Source of the DNA: a virus | Lineage: Duplodnaviria > Caudoviricetes | IMG/VR virus record: IMGVR_UViG_3300032007_004013 | Span: 1-64,000 of that record | Length of the DNA stretch: 64,000 bases | Reading direction: 5' to 3' (one strand) | Part shown: piece after piece, positions 16,820-25,623 of the stretch | How the letters are laid out: every line of letters starts with the position of its first letter | Numbering within the stretch: position 1 is the stretch's first letter | The notes under the pieces: generated by a model | What the model was told of the DNA's origin: nothing | The model's database searches: none | The model's input: only the letters and a program-made list of their open reading frames with translations | Translations under genes and position numbers: made by a program

Positions 16820-17098
16820 TCAAACGTAAACGATGTCGTCGTCATCAAACAATCTGTAATCTTCATCTATTGAGTTCATTCCGCCATCCCACTCAAAATA
16901 ACCATCAACAATATCTCCTGTTGCGATGTACTCTTCGTCGTTTCCACTAATGCCGTTTATCGCACACCATAATTGGCAAGCGCCTATCGTGTTGCCTACA
17001 GCAAGTTCGTTTCCGTATTTGTCAAATACAATGGCAATGTCTTCAAGGTTTCTGTATTCTTCTTTGTTAGTCGCGTAAATCTTTTTCATGTCATCCAC
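16820..17098 (-). CDS. hypothetical protein
   Basis: First ORF after the promoter at 17145..17174. Confidence 0.7.
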   Translation of the reverse strand: MDDMKKIYATNKEEYRNLEDIAIVFDKYGNELAVGNTIGACQLWCAINGISGNDEEYIATGDIVDGYFEWDGGMNSIDEDYRLFDDDDIVYV

Positions 17099-17144
17099 CT
17101 TGTCCTTTACTGTTTGGTTTGTTTTGGTGTTTTATTGTAACTAT

Positions 17145-17174
17145 ATCTTACCACATAGTAACTCATTGCGTCAA
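17145..17174 (-). promoter_or_regulatory. sigma70-type early promoter
   Basis: TTGACG-N18-TAAGAT with TGTGG. Confidence 0.8.
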
Positions 17175-17223
17175 GCGTTTTTGAAAAGTTTTTGAAAAAT
17201 ATTTCAGAAGTTTACAGAATGGT

Positions 17224-17706
17224 TTACAGATAGAATCTCTTGTACCTTAGATGTGCTATCTCGATGAACTCTGACATATCGGAGTCGGGGCATGTCATAC
17301 AAGGGTAGCTGTGTCTGCTTGCGTTTCCTGTATCGACAATACACACCCCATATCTTTGTCTCGCTTTGCTGTCAAATACAGCTACTGCGATTTGCGAGTT
17401 TGGCTTCACAATGGGAGATGAAGCTGCATTGACGCTGTTTACAAAGTCGAAGTATTCGTAGTCTGACGTGATTCCATACGTTTCCGGCATGAAATAGATC
17501 TCCTTTGTACTTATTGACGCTCTCAGCGTAGATGCTTGCAGAATCCTATCTCCTTTGGGGGAAACGCCGATATCAATACGGCATTGACTTCCAATGAGAC
17601 CGCATCCGTCGCACTTCGACAGGTCGATTTTAAGTACAGGATATTTGCCGAAATTAAGCGCTTTGGCTATATCTTTTTGGCTCGACAAGAACTTCAAACA
17701 AATCAC
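17224..17706 (-). CDS. hypothetical protein
   Basis: 160-aa ORF with AGGAG RBS. Confidence 0.7.
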   Translation of the reverse strand: MICLKFLSSQKDIAKALNFGKYPVLKIDLSKCDGCGLIGSQCRIDIGVSPKGDRILQASTLRASISTKEIYFMPETYGITSDYEYFDFVNSVNAASSPIVKPNSQIAVAVFDSKARQRYGVCIVDTGNASRHSYPCMTCPDSDMSEFIEIAHLRYKRFYL

Positions 17707-17709
17707 TCC

Positions 17710-18339
17710 TTAAAAAATAAACTTAATACCAGCGTCCTCAAATGTCTTGAAGATGCTTTCTTCTACAGATTTCACTGTACAGTAATCGATGCTGTCTTCG
17801 TCATCTGTGATGATAGACAATCCGAGAATTTCAGCATACTCCTTCATCACATCAAACAGACGGTATTCAACATCATCAAACGCTGTGATGTCAAGCGCTG
17901 CAAGATTGATCGGGCGAGAGGGGATAATCAAATCGCAATCATTTCCGTACCTCGCGACTTTGTTCATCTCTTCATATTTCGGTGTATCTATCAGAATATA
18001 AACGCCGTATGGCGTTGCCATAGACACATCTTTTTCAGAGATGAACTTTGGCGGCTTGCCGTTATCATAATGTGCGTAATTCTTTTTACACTCTTCTTCA
18101 GTGCAGTCATCAATATACTGCGTGATCTCCTCTTGAAACTCTCCTTCGTAGCACGAGATACCGTACTTTAAAGCTTTCTCTAAATCAACTATGAAACCGG
18201 TGTACTCGCAGAATCTAAACGGAGTTTCCGACGAATCATAAGCGTACCAGCTATACGCATAGTAGTGAATAACCTTTCTGCCATCTTGCTTTTCAATGCT
18301 GATGATTGTTCTATCTATGACATCGCTTATATCAAACAT
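17710..18339 (-). CDS. hypothetical acidic protein
   Basis: 209-aa ORF with GGAGG RBS. Confidence 0.75.
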   Translation of the reverse strand: MFDISDVIDRTIISIEKQDGRKVIHYYAYSWYAYDSSETPFRFCEYTGFIVDLEKALKYGISCYEGEFQEEITQYIDDCTEEECKKNYAHYDNGKPPKFISEKDVSMATPYGVYILIDTPKYEEMNKVARYGNDCDLIIPSRPINLAALDITAFDDVEYRLFDVMKEYAEILGLSIITDDEDSIDYCTVKSVEESIFKTFEDAGIKFIF

Positions 18340-18949
18340 AAGCTGCCTCCTTTCTAAAAGCAGTTCCTTTTATCATCATGCTCCTGTATTGAATAGGCAT
18401 CGACGAGATCGCATAACTTCTGAGTCTTTGCTTTCTGTCTTTGCCTGACGAAACTCTGTTCTCCCATCCTATAACTTCAACGTAGCCGAGAGGGAGAAAC
18501 AATCTTTCTCCATCAACATCAATACCGACTCTATCCTCGTATTTCTTGCTGTAGATATTGTAGCGCTCGCCAATCCAGAAAACGTTTCCTACGGTTCCTT
18601 GTGGAATCTTTCTTCCTCTTACTACCTTAACAGTGTCTCCTTTGAGAACCTTTTTCGCTTGTGCGAACTTCCAATCGCTGTCAAACTTCTTTCGACCGCT
18701 GTTGTAGTAGTAGCGGTACACTTTCCTGAGCACTTCCAGCGTTGCGTCGATGTCAGCTCTGCCGTAACCCCAAAATCTTGTAGTGTCATAACATACTCTA
18801 ACTACCTTCTGTTCCTCTTCGTCCCAACAGATAGCGTAAAAATCACTGTCTTCATATCCGTTGTGTTCGTATGTGTCAAGTACACAGCCAACATATCTTT
18901 CGCAGGCAACTTCGTTTTCGTTGAACGTGTTATAAGTGATAACTGACAT
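18332..18949 (-). CDS. hypothetical protein
   Basis: 205 aa; VKVVRGRKIPQGTVG.VFWIG motif. Confidence 0.75.
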   Translation of the reverse strand: MSVITYNTFNENEVACERYVGCVLDTYEHNGYEDSDFYAICWDEEEQKVVRVCYDTTRFWGYGRADIDATLEVLRKVYRYYYNSGRKKFDSDWKFAQAKKVLKGDTVKVVRGRKIPQGTVGNVFWIGERYNIYSKKYEDRVGIDVDGERLFLPLGYVEVIGWENRVSSGKDRKQRLRSYAISSMPIQYRSMMIKGTAFRKEAAYV

Positions 18950-19028
18950 ACAAATTCTCCTTTCGGTACAGGTGTGGCAGGAGGCTTTCCTGAACTATTG
19001 CTCAAGCTACCTCCTGCCGCCGTTGTGA

Positions 19029-19391
19029 TTAGAACAGTTCTTCAGGTGCGAGGAACAATATTTCTGTTTCTTCGTCGTCTACGATGGACCAAAGATAATC
19101 TTCAACCTTATCAGAGAAGCGACCTTGCGGTCTGCAAACATAGACCTTTTCTTCTCCGACTACATCTCCGAGCCATTCGAGGTAATCTTTTACGCTCTCT
19201 GCGGATTCTTTCGTGCAGGTAACGAAGACGTGTCTTCCGGAGTTGTTTTCGATCTTCAGGAAGCTCTCACGGTACTCTCTCGCGTTGTTCGTGAGCTTCA
19301 GCCAATTCATCGCATACGGAATATTGTTTTCCGGGAACCTTACTGTGTACTGTACCGCTTCTTCGAGCTTTGCTTCAAATAACAATTTCAT
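19029..19391 (-). CDS. hypothetical protein
   Basis: 120-aa ORF with GGAGG RBS. Confidence 0.7.
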   Translation of the reverse strand: MKLLFEAKLEEAVQYTVRFPENNIPYAMNWLKLTNNAREYRESFLKIENNSGRHVFVTCTKESAESVKDYLEWLGDVVGEEKVYVCRPQGRFSDKVEDYLWSIVDDEETEILFLAPEELF

Positions 19392-19452
19392 GGTTTCGTC
19401 CTCCTAAGACTTGTGAGGTTGTATATGAAGTCAAAAACGCGGCAGGCAAAAC

Positions 19453-19481
19453 TTGATTTTGGACTACCGGTATGCTATAAT
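19453..19481 (+). promoter_or_regulatory. Antisense sigma70 promoter
   Basis: TTGATT-N17-TATAAT with extended TG; the -10 sits inside the palindrome ATGCTA-TAA-TAGCAT; points into the 54-aa ORF. Confidence 0.7.
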
Positions 19482-19497
19482 AGCATTTGAGAAGTTT

Positions 19498-19662
19498 TTA
19501 CTGCTTCTCGTTCCCGGTGAGACCAAATGCTTTGTTGACTACGGCTGCTACCATGTCAAGCATTTCGGTCTCATTTTTTGTTTCGCTGAATTTGACGATC
19601 ATTTCGTCCTTTTCAGTTACTTCGATAGTAGTTTCGATTGTGATTTTGTTTTTGACTTTCAT
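19498..19662 (-). CDS. small hypothetical protein (54 aa, not in ORF track)
   Basis: Read manually: MKVKNKITIETTIEVTEKDEMIVKFSETKNETEMLDMVAAVVNKAFGLTGNEKQ; GAGGAG RBS. Confidence 0.65.
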   Translation of the reverse strand: MKVKNKITIETTIEVTEKDEMIVKFSETKNETEMLDMVAAVVNKAFGLTGNEKQ

Positions 19663-19774
19663 ATAGGCTCCTCTGAATGTTCATTGTAAATACGATTGTG
19701 TAATTTCGGATGATAAACATTTAGGATTGCCTGCCGCCAATAAACTTACGAATGAGTAAGTTTATTATGGTTAT

Positions 19775-19804
19775 ATCTTACCACAGGGTATGTCGTTCCG
19801 TCAA
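19775..19804 (-). promoter_or_regulatory. sigma70-type early promoter heading the accessory region
   Basis: TTGACG-N18-TAAGAT with TGTGG; followed by an 11-bp hairpin at 19739..19766. Confidence 0.8.
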
Positions 19805-19993
19805 GCTGATTTGAAAAGTTTTTTTGAGATTTTCAAAAATTTTCATTTTTGCAAAGTCTATCATATATAAAATAATAAATAAAATATATAATATAATATA
19901 AACTAAACTAATATAATAGAGTCCAACGGAATGTCCTTCTGTTTGTCACAACTACTGTCACATGTTTTGTCCACGGACATTCCACGGACTAAT

Positions 19994-20038
19994 AAAAAAA
20001 TCCCCTACCAACAGCTGTATAAGCCGTCGATAGGGGAT
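19994..20038 (-). terminator. Rho-independent terminator of the lysis operon
   Basis: TCCCCTA...TAGGGGA stem with G-U pairs followed by a T7 run on the minus strand. Confidence 0.8.
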
Positions 20039-20146
20039 AATTCCTTATTCTGTTGTCTGATTCAGCAAATTGCAGGCAAGTAAACTTTTCGCATAAGCAA
20101 GCCGTTTTGTGACAGACATTTATGCAGTTGGCAACTTAACGGCAAG

Positions 20147-22399
20147 TTACGATGCCAAAGAACCGAACGTAGCAGGTCCTGCGATGCCATCGACAACAAG
20201 ACCATTCTCGCCTTGGTAGTCCTCTACTGCTTTCTCTGTAGCATTACCGAAGATTCCATCAAGACCTCCTGTATCATATCCATTACACATCAGGAAGCCT
20301 TGCAGCACCTTAACATAGTTTCCTGATACTCCGTTGAATACGTTTCTGATCTCAGAGTTTGTCATTGGTCCGTAGATGCCGTCAACATCAAGTCCAGAGT
20401 CAAACTCTATGTTGAGTTCTGTCTGAAGTGCCATAACGAGAGCTGCTTTAGTCTGAGAGCCGTACACGCCGTCAATGTAGATATCAAATCCGTAATGAGC
20501 GTTCAGCCAAGTCTGAACGTCATTAACATTCCTGTCACCTATAGCCGCTTCTGTGACAGTAGCAGGAATGTCTTCGGATTCTCCATCTGCATACTTCGGA
20601 CGGCAGCATGCTGAGATGTCGGAACGATCTCGTGTCTTGATCTGGAAGTCGTCACACTCATAACCTCCGTTGTTAGCGCCAACGCTCAAGATGGTGTCAT
20701 CAAACACCTTCAAGCAAAGTTCTACGTGCTCAAAGCACTTATAACCGAGGCTGTCAAGAGGTTTCACGGAGGTATCGTCTCCGCTCCAAGAGAAGATAAC
20801 CAAGTCGCCGGGTTTTACTTCGTTCGCTTTATGAAGCTGTCCTGCATTATAGAAGTTCAGCGCAAGAGAGCCGCAATCAGCAGCCTTTCCACCGGGAATG
20901 AGGTCGAGGGCGTTAAGCACCTTTCCAAACAGATACATCATACCTGCACAGCAACAAGCGATGTTATTGATACGGGTGCTGAACGTACCATACCAAGCCA
21001 TGATGTCGCACTCTTCAGGGTTTTCGTCTTTTCCGACGAGGTTTCTCGCAGCACTCATAGCCTGAGCTGCTGTAACGCCATTTGGTGCAGGAGCAGGAGG
21101 AGCAGTTCCTTTGCTTTTATCGAAACCGTTGTAGCCGCCTTTTGTGATAATGCTGACATAATCACGGTAGCACATATCCTTGTCGATCACGCCGACGCCG
21201 GGTATGCTGTTGCTTTCAAGGATATTGGTCTCTCCTCCATACTGCCACATTGCGAGGTTATCGTAAGTGTAGCCGCATTTGCTCGCCCAATGAGCGAACC
21301 ACATGTCGTTACCTTTCCACACTTCTTCAGAGATAAGGTTTTCTATCTCCTCGAAGCCTGTGTACAAAAGCGGATAATATCCTGCTTCTGCGATACCTTT
21401 CAAGAAAATGCGGCAAACTTTGTCGATAGTCGAGAAGTTCCATCCGCCATGTCTTGCGTGATATCCGTCAGCGTCTTCCATGTCGAGAGCAACAGGAAGG
21501 GTAGGACGCTTGCCTTTGAGCAACCGCAGAACGTGTTCAAGCTCACTTCTTGCAGATGCTTCAGAACATGCGTAGGAGTAGAAGTAAGCGCCCCACGGCA
21601 TACCAGCCGCTTCAGCTTTCCTTACGTTTTCCTCCCAATACGTATCGTCCTGTTCTGCGATGTTCTCTCCAAATCCGCACCGTATCATCACGAAGTCATA
21701 TCCGGCAGCTTTGATTTTGGCGAAATCTACCTTTCCGTTGCACGAGGAGATGTCAACGCCTTTTTTACCTTTCAGGTTGATCGACGGGACGGTTGCATTG
21801 GTATCGGTTGTCTGCGTTTCATCTTTCGCAGGTTCCTGATTTTCGATTACAGCAGGCTTGTCTTTGCCGTTGGGATATATTTCGTGTTCGGTCGTCCCTG
21901 TGTATGAATAATAATCAGCAACAATAGCGTAGTTTCCGTGATCATCTACTGTACCTTCATCTCCATGCCAGAAACTGTTTTCCCAAACTCCATATCCACG
22001 CATATCGAAGTGCGTACCGTTCGGATTTCCGCCGCAGTTCAAGCCGATTCCCTTTATACCTATGTCCTGCAAATAGCAAGCTACGAGGCGAGAGGGGATA
22101 GGCTCTCCGTTACGGTAGTAGTACACATCAACTGCTATGCCGAGCGTATGCGGTCCGCTGCCGGAGCCTCTGACTTCGAGATCGAGAGCAGGCGTTCTGT
22201 AGCCGGAGCAGATGATTCCAAGTGTACACCCGAAGTGGGTGTACACCTTTTCCAGAATCTCCGTCAATTTGTCGTGGATAGGGAAGTCTGAGGGGTAATC
22301 TCCGTAGTAATCTGTTTGAGCTACAAATTCCTTTACCTGAAAGTGCTCGGAAAGAAACTTGTCTTTATCTCTTGCATAGTTATATGTCGTAATCGACAT
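20147..22399 (-). CDS. Multi-domain endolysin (peptidase M15-like + GH25 lysozyme + CHAP/NlpC-like + peptidoglycan-binding repeats)
   Basis: LSEHF.VKEF..SGYR..H..G.AVD (M15A); GVDIS..NG..GAYFYSYA..ALDMED (GH25); CCAGMM..PGDLVIF..HVEL (CHAP-like); repeated DG.YG..T / DG.AG..T (PGBD); follows the holin. Confidence 0.9.
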   Translation of the reverse strand: MSITTYNYARDKDKFLSEHFQVKEFVAQTDYYGDYPSDFPIHDKLTEILEKVYTHFGCTLGIICSGYRTPALDLEVRGSGSGPHTLGIAVDVYYYRNGEPIPSRLVACYLQDIGIKGIGLNCGGNPNGTHFDMRGYGVWENSFWHGDEGTVDDHGNYAIVADYYSYTGTTEHEIYPNGKDKPAVIENQEPAKDETQTTDTNATVPSINLKGKKGVDISSCNGKVDFAKIKAAGYDFVMIRCGFGENIAEQDDTYWEENVRKAEAAGMPWGAYFYSYACSEASARSELEHVLRLLKGKRPTLPVALDMEDADGYHARHGGWNFSTIDKVCRIFLKGIAEAGYYPLLYTGFEEIENLISEEVWKGNDMWFAHWASKCGYTYDNLAMWQYGGETNILESNSIPGVGVIDKDMCYRDYVSIITKGGYNGFDKSKGTAPPAPAPNGVTAAQAMSAARNLVGKDENPEECDIMAWYGTFSTRINNIACCCAGMMYLFGKVLNALDLIPGGKAADCGSLALNFYNAGQLHKANEVKPGDLVIFSWSGDDTSVKPLDSLGYKCFEHVELCLKVFDDTILSVGANNGGYECDDFQIKTRDRSDISACCRPKYADGESEDIPATVTEAAIGDRNVNDVQTWLNAHYGFDIYIDGVYGSQTKAALVMALQTELNIEFDSGLDVDGIYGPMTNSEIRNVFNGVSGNYVKVLQGFLMCNGYDTGGLDGIFGNATEKAVEDYQGENGLVVDGIAGPATFGSLAS

Positions 22400-22410
22400 C
22401 GAGGGTTCAC

Positions 22411-22707
22411 CTACTCTCTGTAATGCTTGCCATTTATCAATTCATTGCTGTCATCATTAGGTTTATCGTAGGTGAGCGCTCTCTCGCTGTCGCTGAATCC
22501 TTTTGTCGTGTGGTCTGTCACAATGCCGATTGCGGCGAGGATAGCGAAAACAACATCGACAATGCCGATAATCTTGTTTCCTGTCTCACCGAGATCAACA
22601 GTGAATCCGAACAAACCAGCAACAAGCTGAATCAGCAAAACGATCAAGGGAATAATCGTCACCCAAAACGTCTTGCTCATAAGACGTACTTTCCAATTCA
22701 CATTCAT
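22411..22707 (-). CDS. Holin (phi LC3-like family)
   Basis: NWKVRL.SK.FW...two TM helices...GIV.D.TTKG.SDS..AL.Y..P. Confidence 0.9.
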   Translation of the reverse strand: MNVNWKVRLMSKTFWVTIIPLIVLLIQLVAGLFGFTVDLGETGNKIIGIVDVVFAILAAIGIVTDHTTKGFSDSERALTYDKPNDDSNELINGKHYRE

Positions 22708-22727
22708 AACGCTTCATCCTTTCTTTT

Positions 22728-23033
22728 CTACATCGTGTTGATTTTGTCCTCCAAGCCATCAATACGGTGGTGTGCTGACTTAGCTGACTCTTCTACAGTC
22801 GTAAGGCGCGAGATAACCTCTATGTGATGTTCCTCCTGCCTTTCCTGCTTTCGCTTGATATCATCGACGCCGGATTTGATGTAACCAATTTCGGTCATCA
22901 TCATTCCATTTTCCTTGCCCTTCGATTCATTGTCGGTCTTGTTGTTCCTCTTATAGGCAATCACAGCGAATATGATACCGCTAACAGTTCCTACAATACC
23001 GATGATGTATGCGAGGACTTCTTGTGTAACCAT
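22728..23033 (-). CDS. Lysis-cassette membrane protein (XhlA-like)
   Basis: N-terminal TM helix then coiled coil ending RLT.VEESAKSAHHRID.LE. Confidence 0.7.
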   Translation of the reverse strand: MVTQEVLAYIIGIVGTVSGIIFAVIAYKRNNKTDNESKGKENGMMMTEIGYIKSGVDDIKRKQERQEEHHIEVISRLTTVEESAKSAHHRIDGLEDKINTM

Positions 23034-23201
23034 TTCTAATCACTCCTAACAAATTACTGATTGGTAATAGGCTTTATTGCCCTCTGTTATTCTCAGAAAT
23101 TGCGTGTGTGGTGTTTTTTACGACGTAAGTGAGAATTTATATTATGAGGGCAATAAAACCGTTGTGAGCCGTTTTAAGGCTCTTTACCGTCAATGCCTTG
23201 T

Positions 23202-23402
23202 TTAGTTGTCTTCGGAAAACGAGTAGCCTTCGCATTCAAGGATGTCAATTTCAGCTTTAGCAGTTTTTCTCATGCTTTCGAGTTCTTTTGTCACCTCGTC
23301 AGATACCTTCACCTGTTCGATGATTTCTGCTTGTTTCCGGACAATTTCGGATAAGCTTCCCACAACCTGACAAAGACGGTCTGTGACTTCTAACAAAGTC
23401 AT
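23202..23402 (-). CDS. hypothetical coiled-coil protein
   Basis: ORF track 23202..23498; start trimmed to MTLLEV. Confidence 0.6.
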   Translation of the reverse strand: MTLLEVTDRLCQVVGSLSEIVRKQAEIIEQVKVSDEVTKELESMRKTAKAEIDILECEGYSFSEDN

Positions 23403-23415
23403 GACTGCACCGCCT

Positions 23416-23607
23416 TTATTCGGTAATGAGTTCGTCAAGTCCACTCTCAATGAGAATCTCCTTGACCTGTTCCTTGAGCTTCGCAGGAACGTCGGCAAAG
23501 GTCTTTTTGCCGAGGATGATTTTTTGCGCCCAAAGCATAGCCATCATATCTACACCCCCTTTCCCAAATAGCAGTAATAAAATCAGCTTAGTCATCAGCA
23601 TAGACAA
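23416..23607 (-). CDS. small CD1375/XkdX-like protein
   Basis: I..GKKTFADVPAKLKEQVKEIL motif, found after tail fibre genes in Bacillota phages. Confidence 0.65.
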   Translation of the reverse strand: MSMLMTKLILLLLFGKGGVDMMAMLWAQKIILGKKTFADVPAKLKEQVKEILIESGLDELITE

Positions 23608-24079
23608 CCTCGCTCATTTCCAGCAAGCAATCCTCAAGAAACTCGATACGTTCGTCCTTTACGGCGCTTGACATCTCAAGCTCTGTAATGCGTTCATCTT
23701 TGGCTGTGCTCGATGCTTCAAGCTCAGTGATTCTGAAACGCATTTGCTCGATAGTCATTACCTGTGTTCCGCTATCTTCTTGCGGTTCATCTTGAGGTTC
23801 AGGCTCAGGCTCGTCAAGTTGGAGAACGAGCATTTCATAATCTGCTTCGGCGATCACCTTTGCGGTAACGCCTGTTTTTGTCGCTCCTTCCGGCATCTGG
23901 TTTCTTCCGTCAAGCTGATAAATATGCTCTCCGTTTTTCGACACAATTCCTTGCGCTCTGAGCCTTGAGCAACTCTCAACAAGACGGTTCTTTTCCTGCC
24001 ACCTGACAAAATCAGGAGTTTCGAGAGCTTCAACCGCTACGACAGTATCGCTGCCGTCAACTAACTTGATATAAACCAT
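23588..24079 (-). CDS. hypothetical tail-region protein
   Basis: 163 aa; C-terminal LEDCLLEMSEVVYA pattern typical of genes preceding XkdX-like genes. Confidence 0.7.
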   Translation of the reverse strand: MVYIKLVDGSDTVVAVEALETPDFVRWQEKNRLVESCSRLRAQGIVSKNGEHIYQLDGRNQMPEGATKTGVTAKVIAEADYEMLVLQLDEPEPEPQDEPQEDSGTQVMTIEQMRFRITELEASSTAKDERITELEMSSAVKDERIEFLEDCLLEMSEVVYADD

Positions 24080-25211
24080 ACGATTCCTCTCTTTCCGCCT
24101 GACGTAGCAGGCTGTTGTAAAGTGCTGTCATATTATTGCGTGTATGCCACGCATTGAAGCGAAGCGAATAGCCGTACCAGCTTTGATAGGATTGGTAGAT
24201 AGCGTGAAACGGAACAAGACGGTTTCTCCACCGCTTAAAAAGCTTTTTCAACCTCTTCCGGCAGCGTTTAATACTCGCCTTGCATATTTTTCTGACAACC
24301 TTTCCGTTCTTCGTCAGAAAGAACCTAACTTTCAGCCAAGTAAATCCGTGACTAAGCTTCACAATCTGCGTTTTCTTCTTGTTGAGCTTTATGTCAAGGA
24401 TTCTGCAAATCTCTGCTATAGCTTTCTGAACTTTTATCAAACGCTGTTTAGATATGTCGGTCATTACACCGTCATCCATATATCTCTCGAACAGCTTGAT
24501 AATCAACTTTTCTTTGATTTCGTGGTCGAGATCATTTGCCGAAGCAAGAGCGAGGATTTGACTGATCTGACTACCTAAGCCAAGACCAACCTCTCCGAAC
24601 GCGTCGATAAAATGCGAAGTTAGCTTAAAGAGCCGTTCATCGGACAGTTCGTTCCGAATAATTCTCTTAACAAGCTTGTGCGATACGTTGTCGAAGAACT
24701 TCGAGAAGTCAAACAACAAAGCATATCCGCTGTTTCCGTACTTTCTGTAATGCCTTCTGAGTTGTTCTGTAACGCGCTTTATCGCAAAATCATAGCCTTT
24801 GTCTTTCATTGAAGCGCCGTTATCGTAGATAAACGTCCTACCGAGAGCAGGAACAAGGCAAAAGTCGCACAGACAACGCTGCACAACTCTCTCGTCAATA
24901 ACAGTCGATCGAATATGCCTTTTCTTTCCTCTCTCGAATAGGTCAAATTCAAAGAATCCGGGACTTTTGTACTTTCCATTCCTGAGCTTCTTGAGCGTAG
25001 TGTACACGTTCAGCGAAGCGAACAGACAATACTTCTGAACGCTCGATTTCCACGTTACGTTTCTTCTGCATCTTTTGTAGGAAACGTAAAGGTGCTTGAA
25101 CGTAAACACTTTGTCGAAATCATCAACATTTTCAAGTGCTTTCTGCTTCTTTGCTATCCTTCTCTCTTTTCGGCGCTGGTATCGATTTTCTTTCCTATCT
25201 TCGCTTGTCAT
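24057..25211 (-). CDS. DGR reverse transcriptase
   Basis: GLGLGSQISQ and RYMDD motifs, ERGKKRHI..IDERVVQ; start at MTSED after AGGAG (384 aa). Confidence 0.96.
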   Translation of the reverse strand: MTSEDRKENRYQRRKERRIAKKQKALENVDDFDKVFTFKHLYVSYKRCRRNVTWKSSVQKYCLFASLNVYTTLKKLRNGKYKSPGFFEFDLFERGKKRHIRSTVIDERVVQRCLCDFCLVPALGRTFIYDNGASMKDKGYDFAIKRVTEQLRRHYRKYGNSGYALLFDFSKFFDNVSHKLVKRIIRNELSDERLFKLTSHFIDAFGEVGLGLGSQISQILALASANDLDHEIKEKLIIKLFERYMDDGVMTDISKQRLIKVQKAIAEICRILDIKLNKKKTQIVKLSHGFTWLKVRFFLTKNGKVVRKICKASIKRCRKRLKKLFKRWRNRLVPFHAIYQSYQSWYGYSLRFNAWHTRNNMTALYNSLLRQAEREESYGLYQVS

Positions 25212-25441
25212 ATAATCTCCTTTGCGAGCGTGTATGTCTGAGTTGAGGGTTGGTGTAGACACATAGCGATGCAGGGCATTAAACGCGGAATAACCCACAA
25301 TCCGCGCAATGCAAGCAGCGTCCGCCCTGACGCATCACGTCGCTTATTCACCTTGCAGGCTTGCGCCTGCTCGGAAGGTCATGTTCTCCTTCTCTCCACT
25401 TGGTCTGATTTCCCTATTGGTACTCTGTCTGCCTTGAGAGG

Positions 25442-25569
25442 AGCCGAACGACACGCCATTCGAGTTGCTCGCGTTGTTGTTGTTCTCGTTGCCGTTGTTG
25501 TTGACATTCGCAAAGTTAGTGGTGTTGGACGACCACGGGGAGCGCAGCCACCAATTGTTGGCGGAACCG
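25442..25569 (-). repeat. DGR template repeat (TR)
   Basis: 128 bp, 34 adenines (15 AAY codons), between avd and RT. Confidence 0.96.
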
Positions 25570-25623
25570 CAATGAGTCAACACGCAACTTAATAATCGTA
25601 CAGAACATAACCTGTAATTTGCT

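Noticed and set aside
19453-19689. 78-aa plus-strand ORF as product of the antisense promoter
   Set aside because: Its TTG start is the -35 hexamer itself, so it would not be in that transcript; no RBS.
20726-21907. Long plus-strand ORFs (for example 393 aa here, 13772..14410, 45130..45921)
   Set aside because: Antisense shadows of well-supported minus-strand genes, with no recognisable motifs or RBS.
24057-25298. RT as a group II intron, retron or Abi RT
   Set aside because: Adjacent avd, TR and two adenine-mutated VRs, plus the SQ motif, identify it as a DGR RT; no maturase or endonuclease domain.
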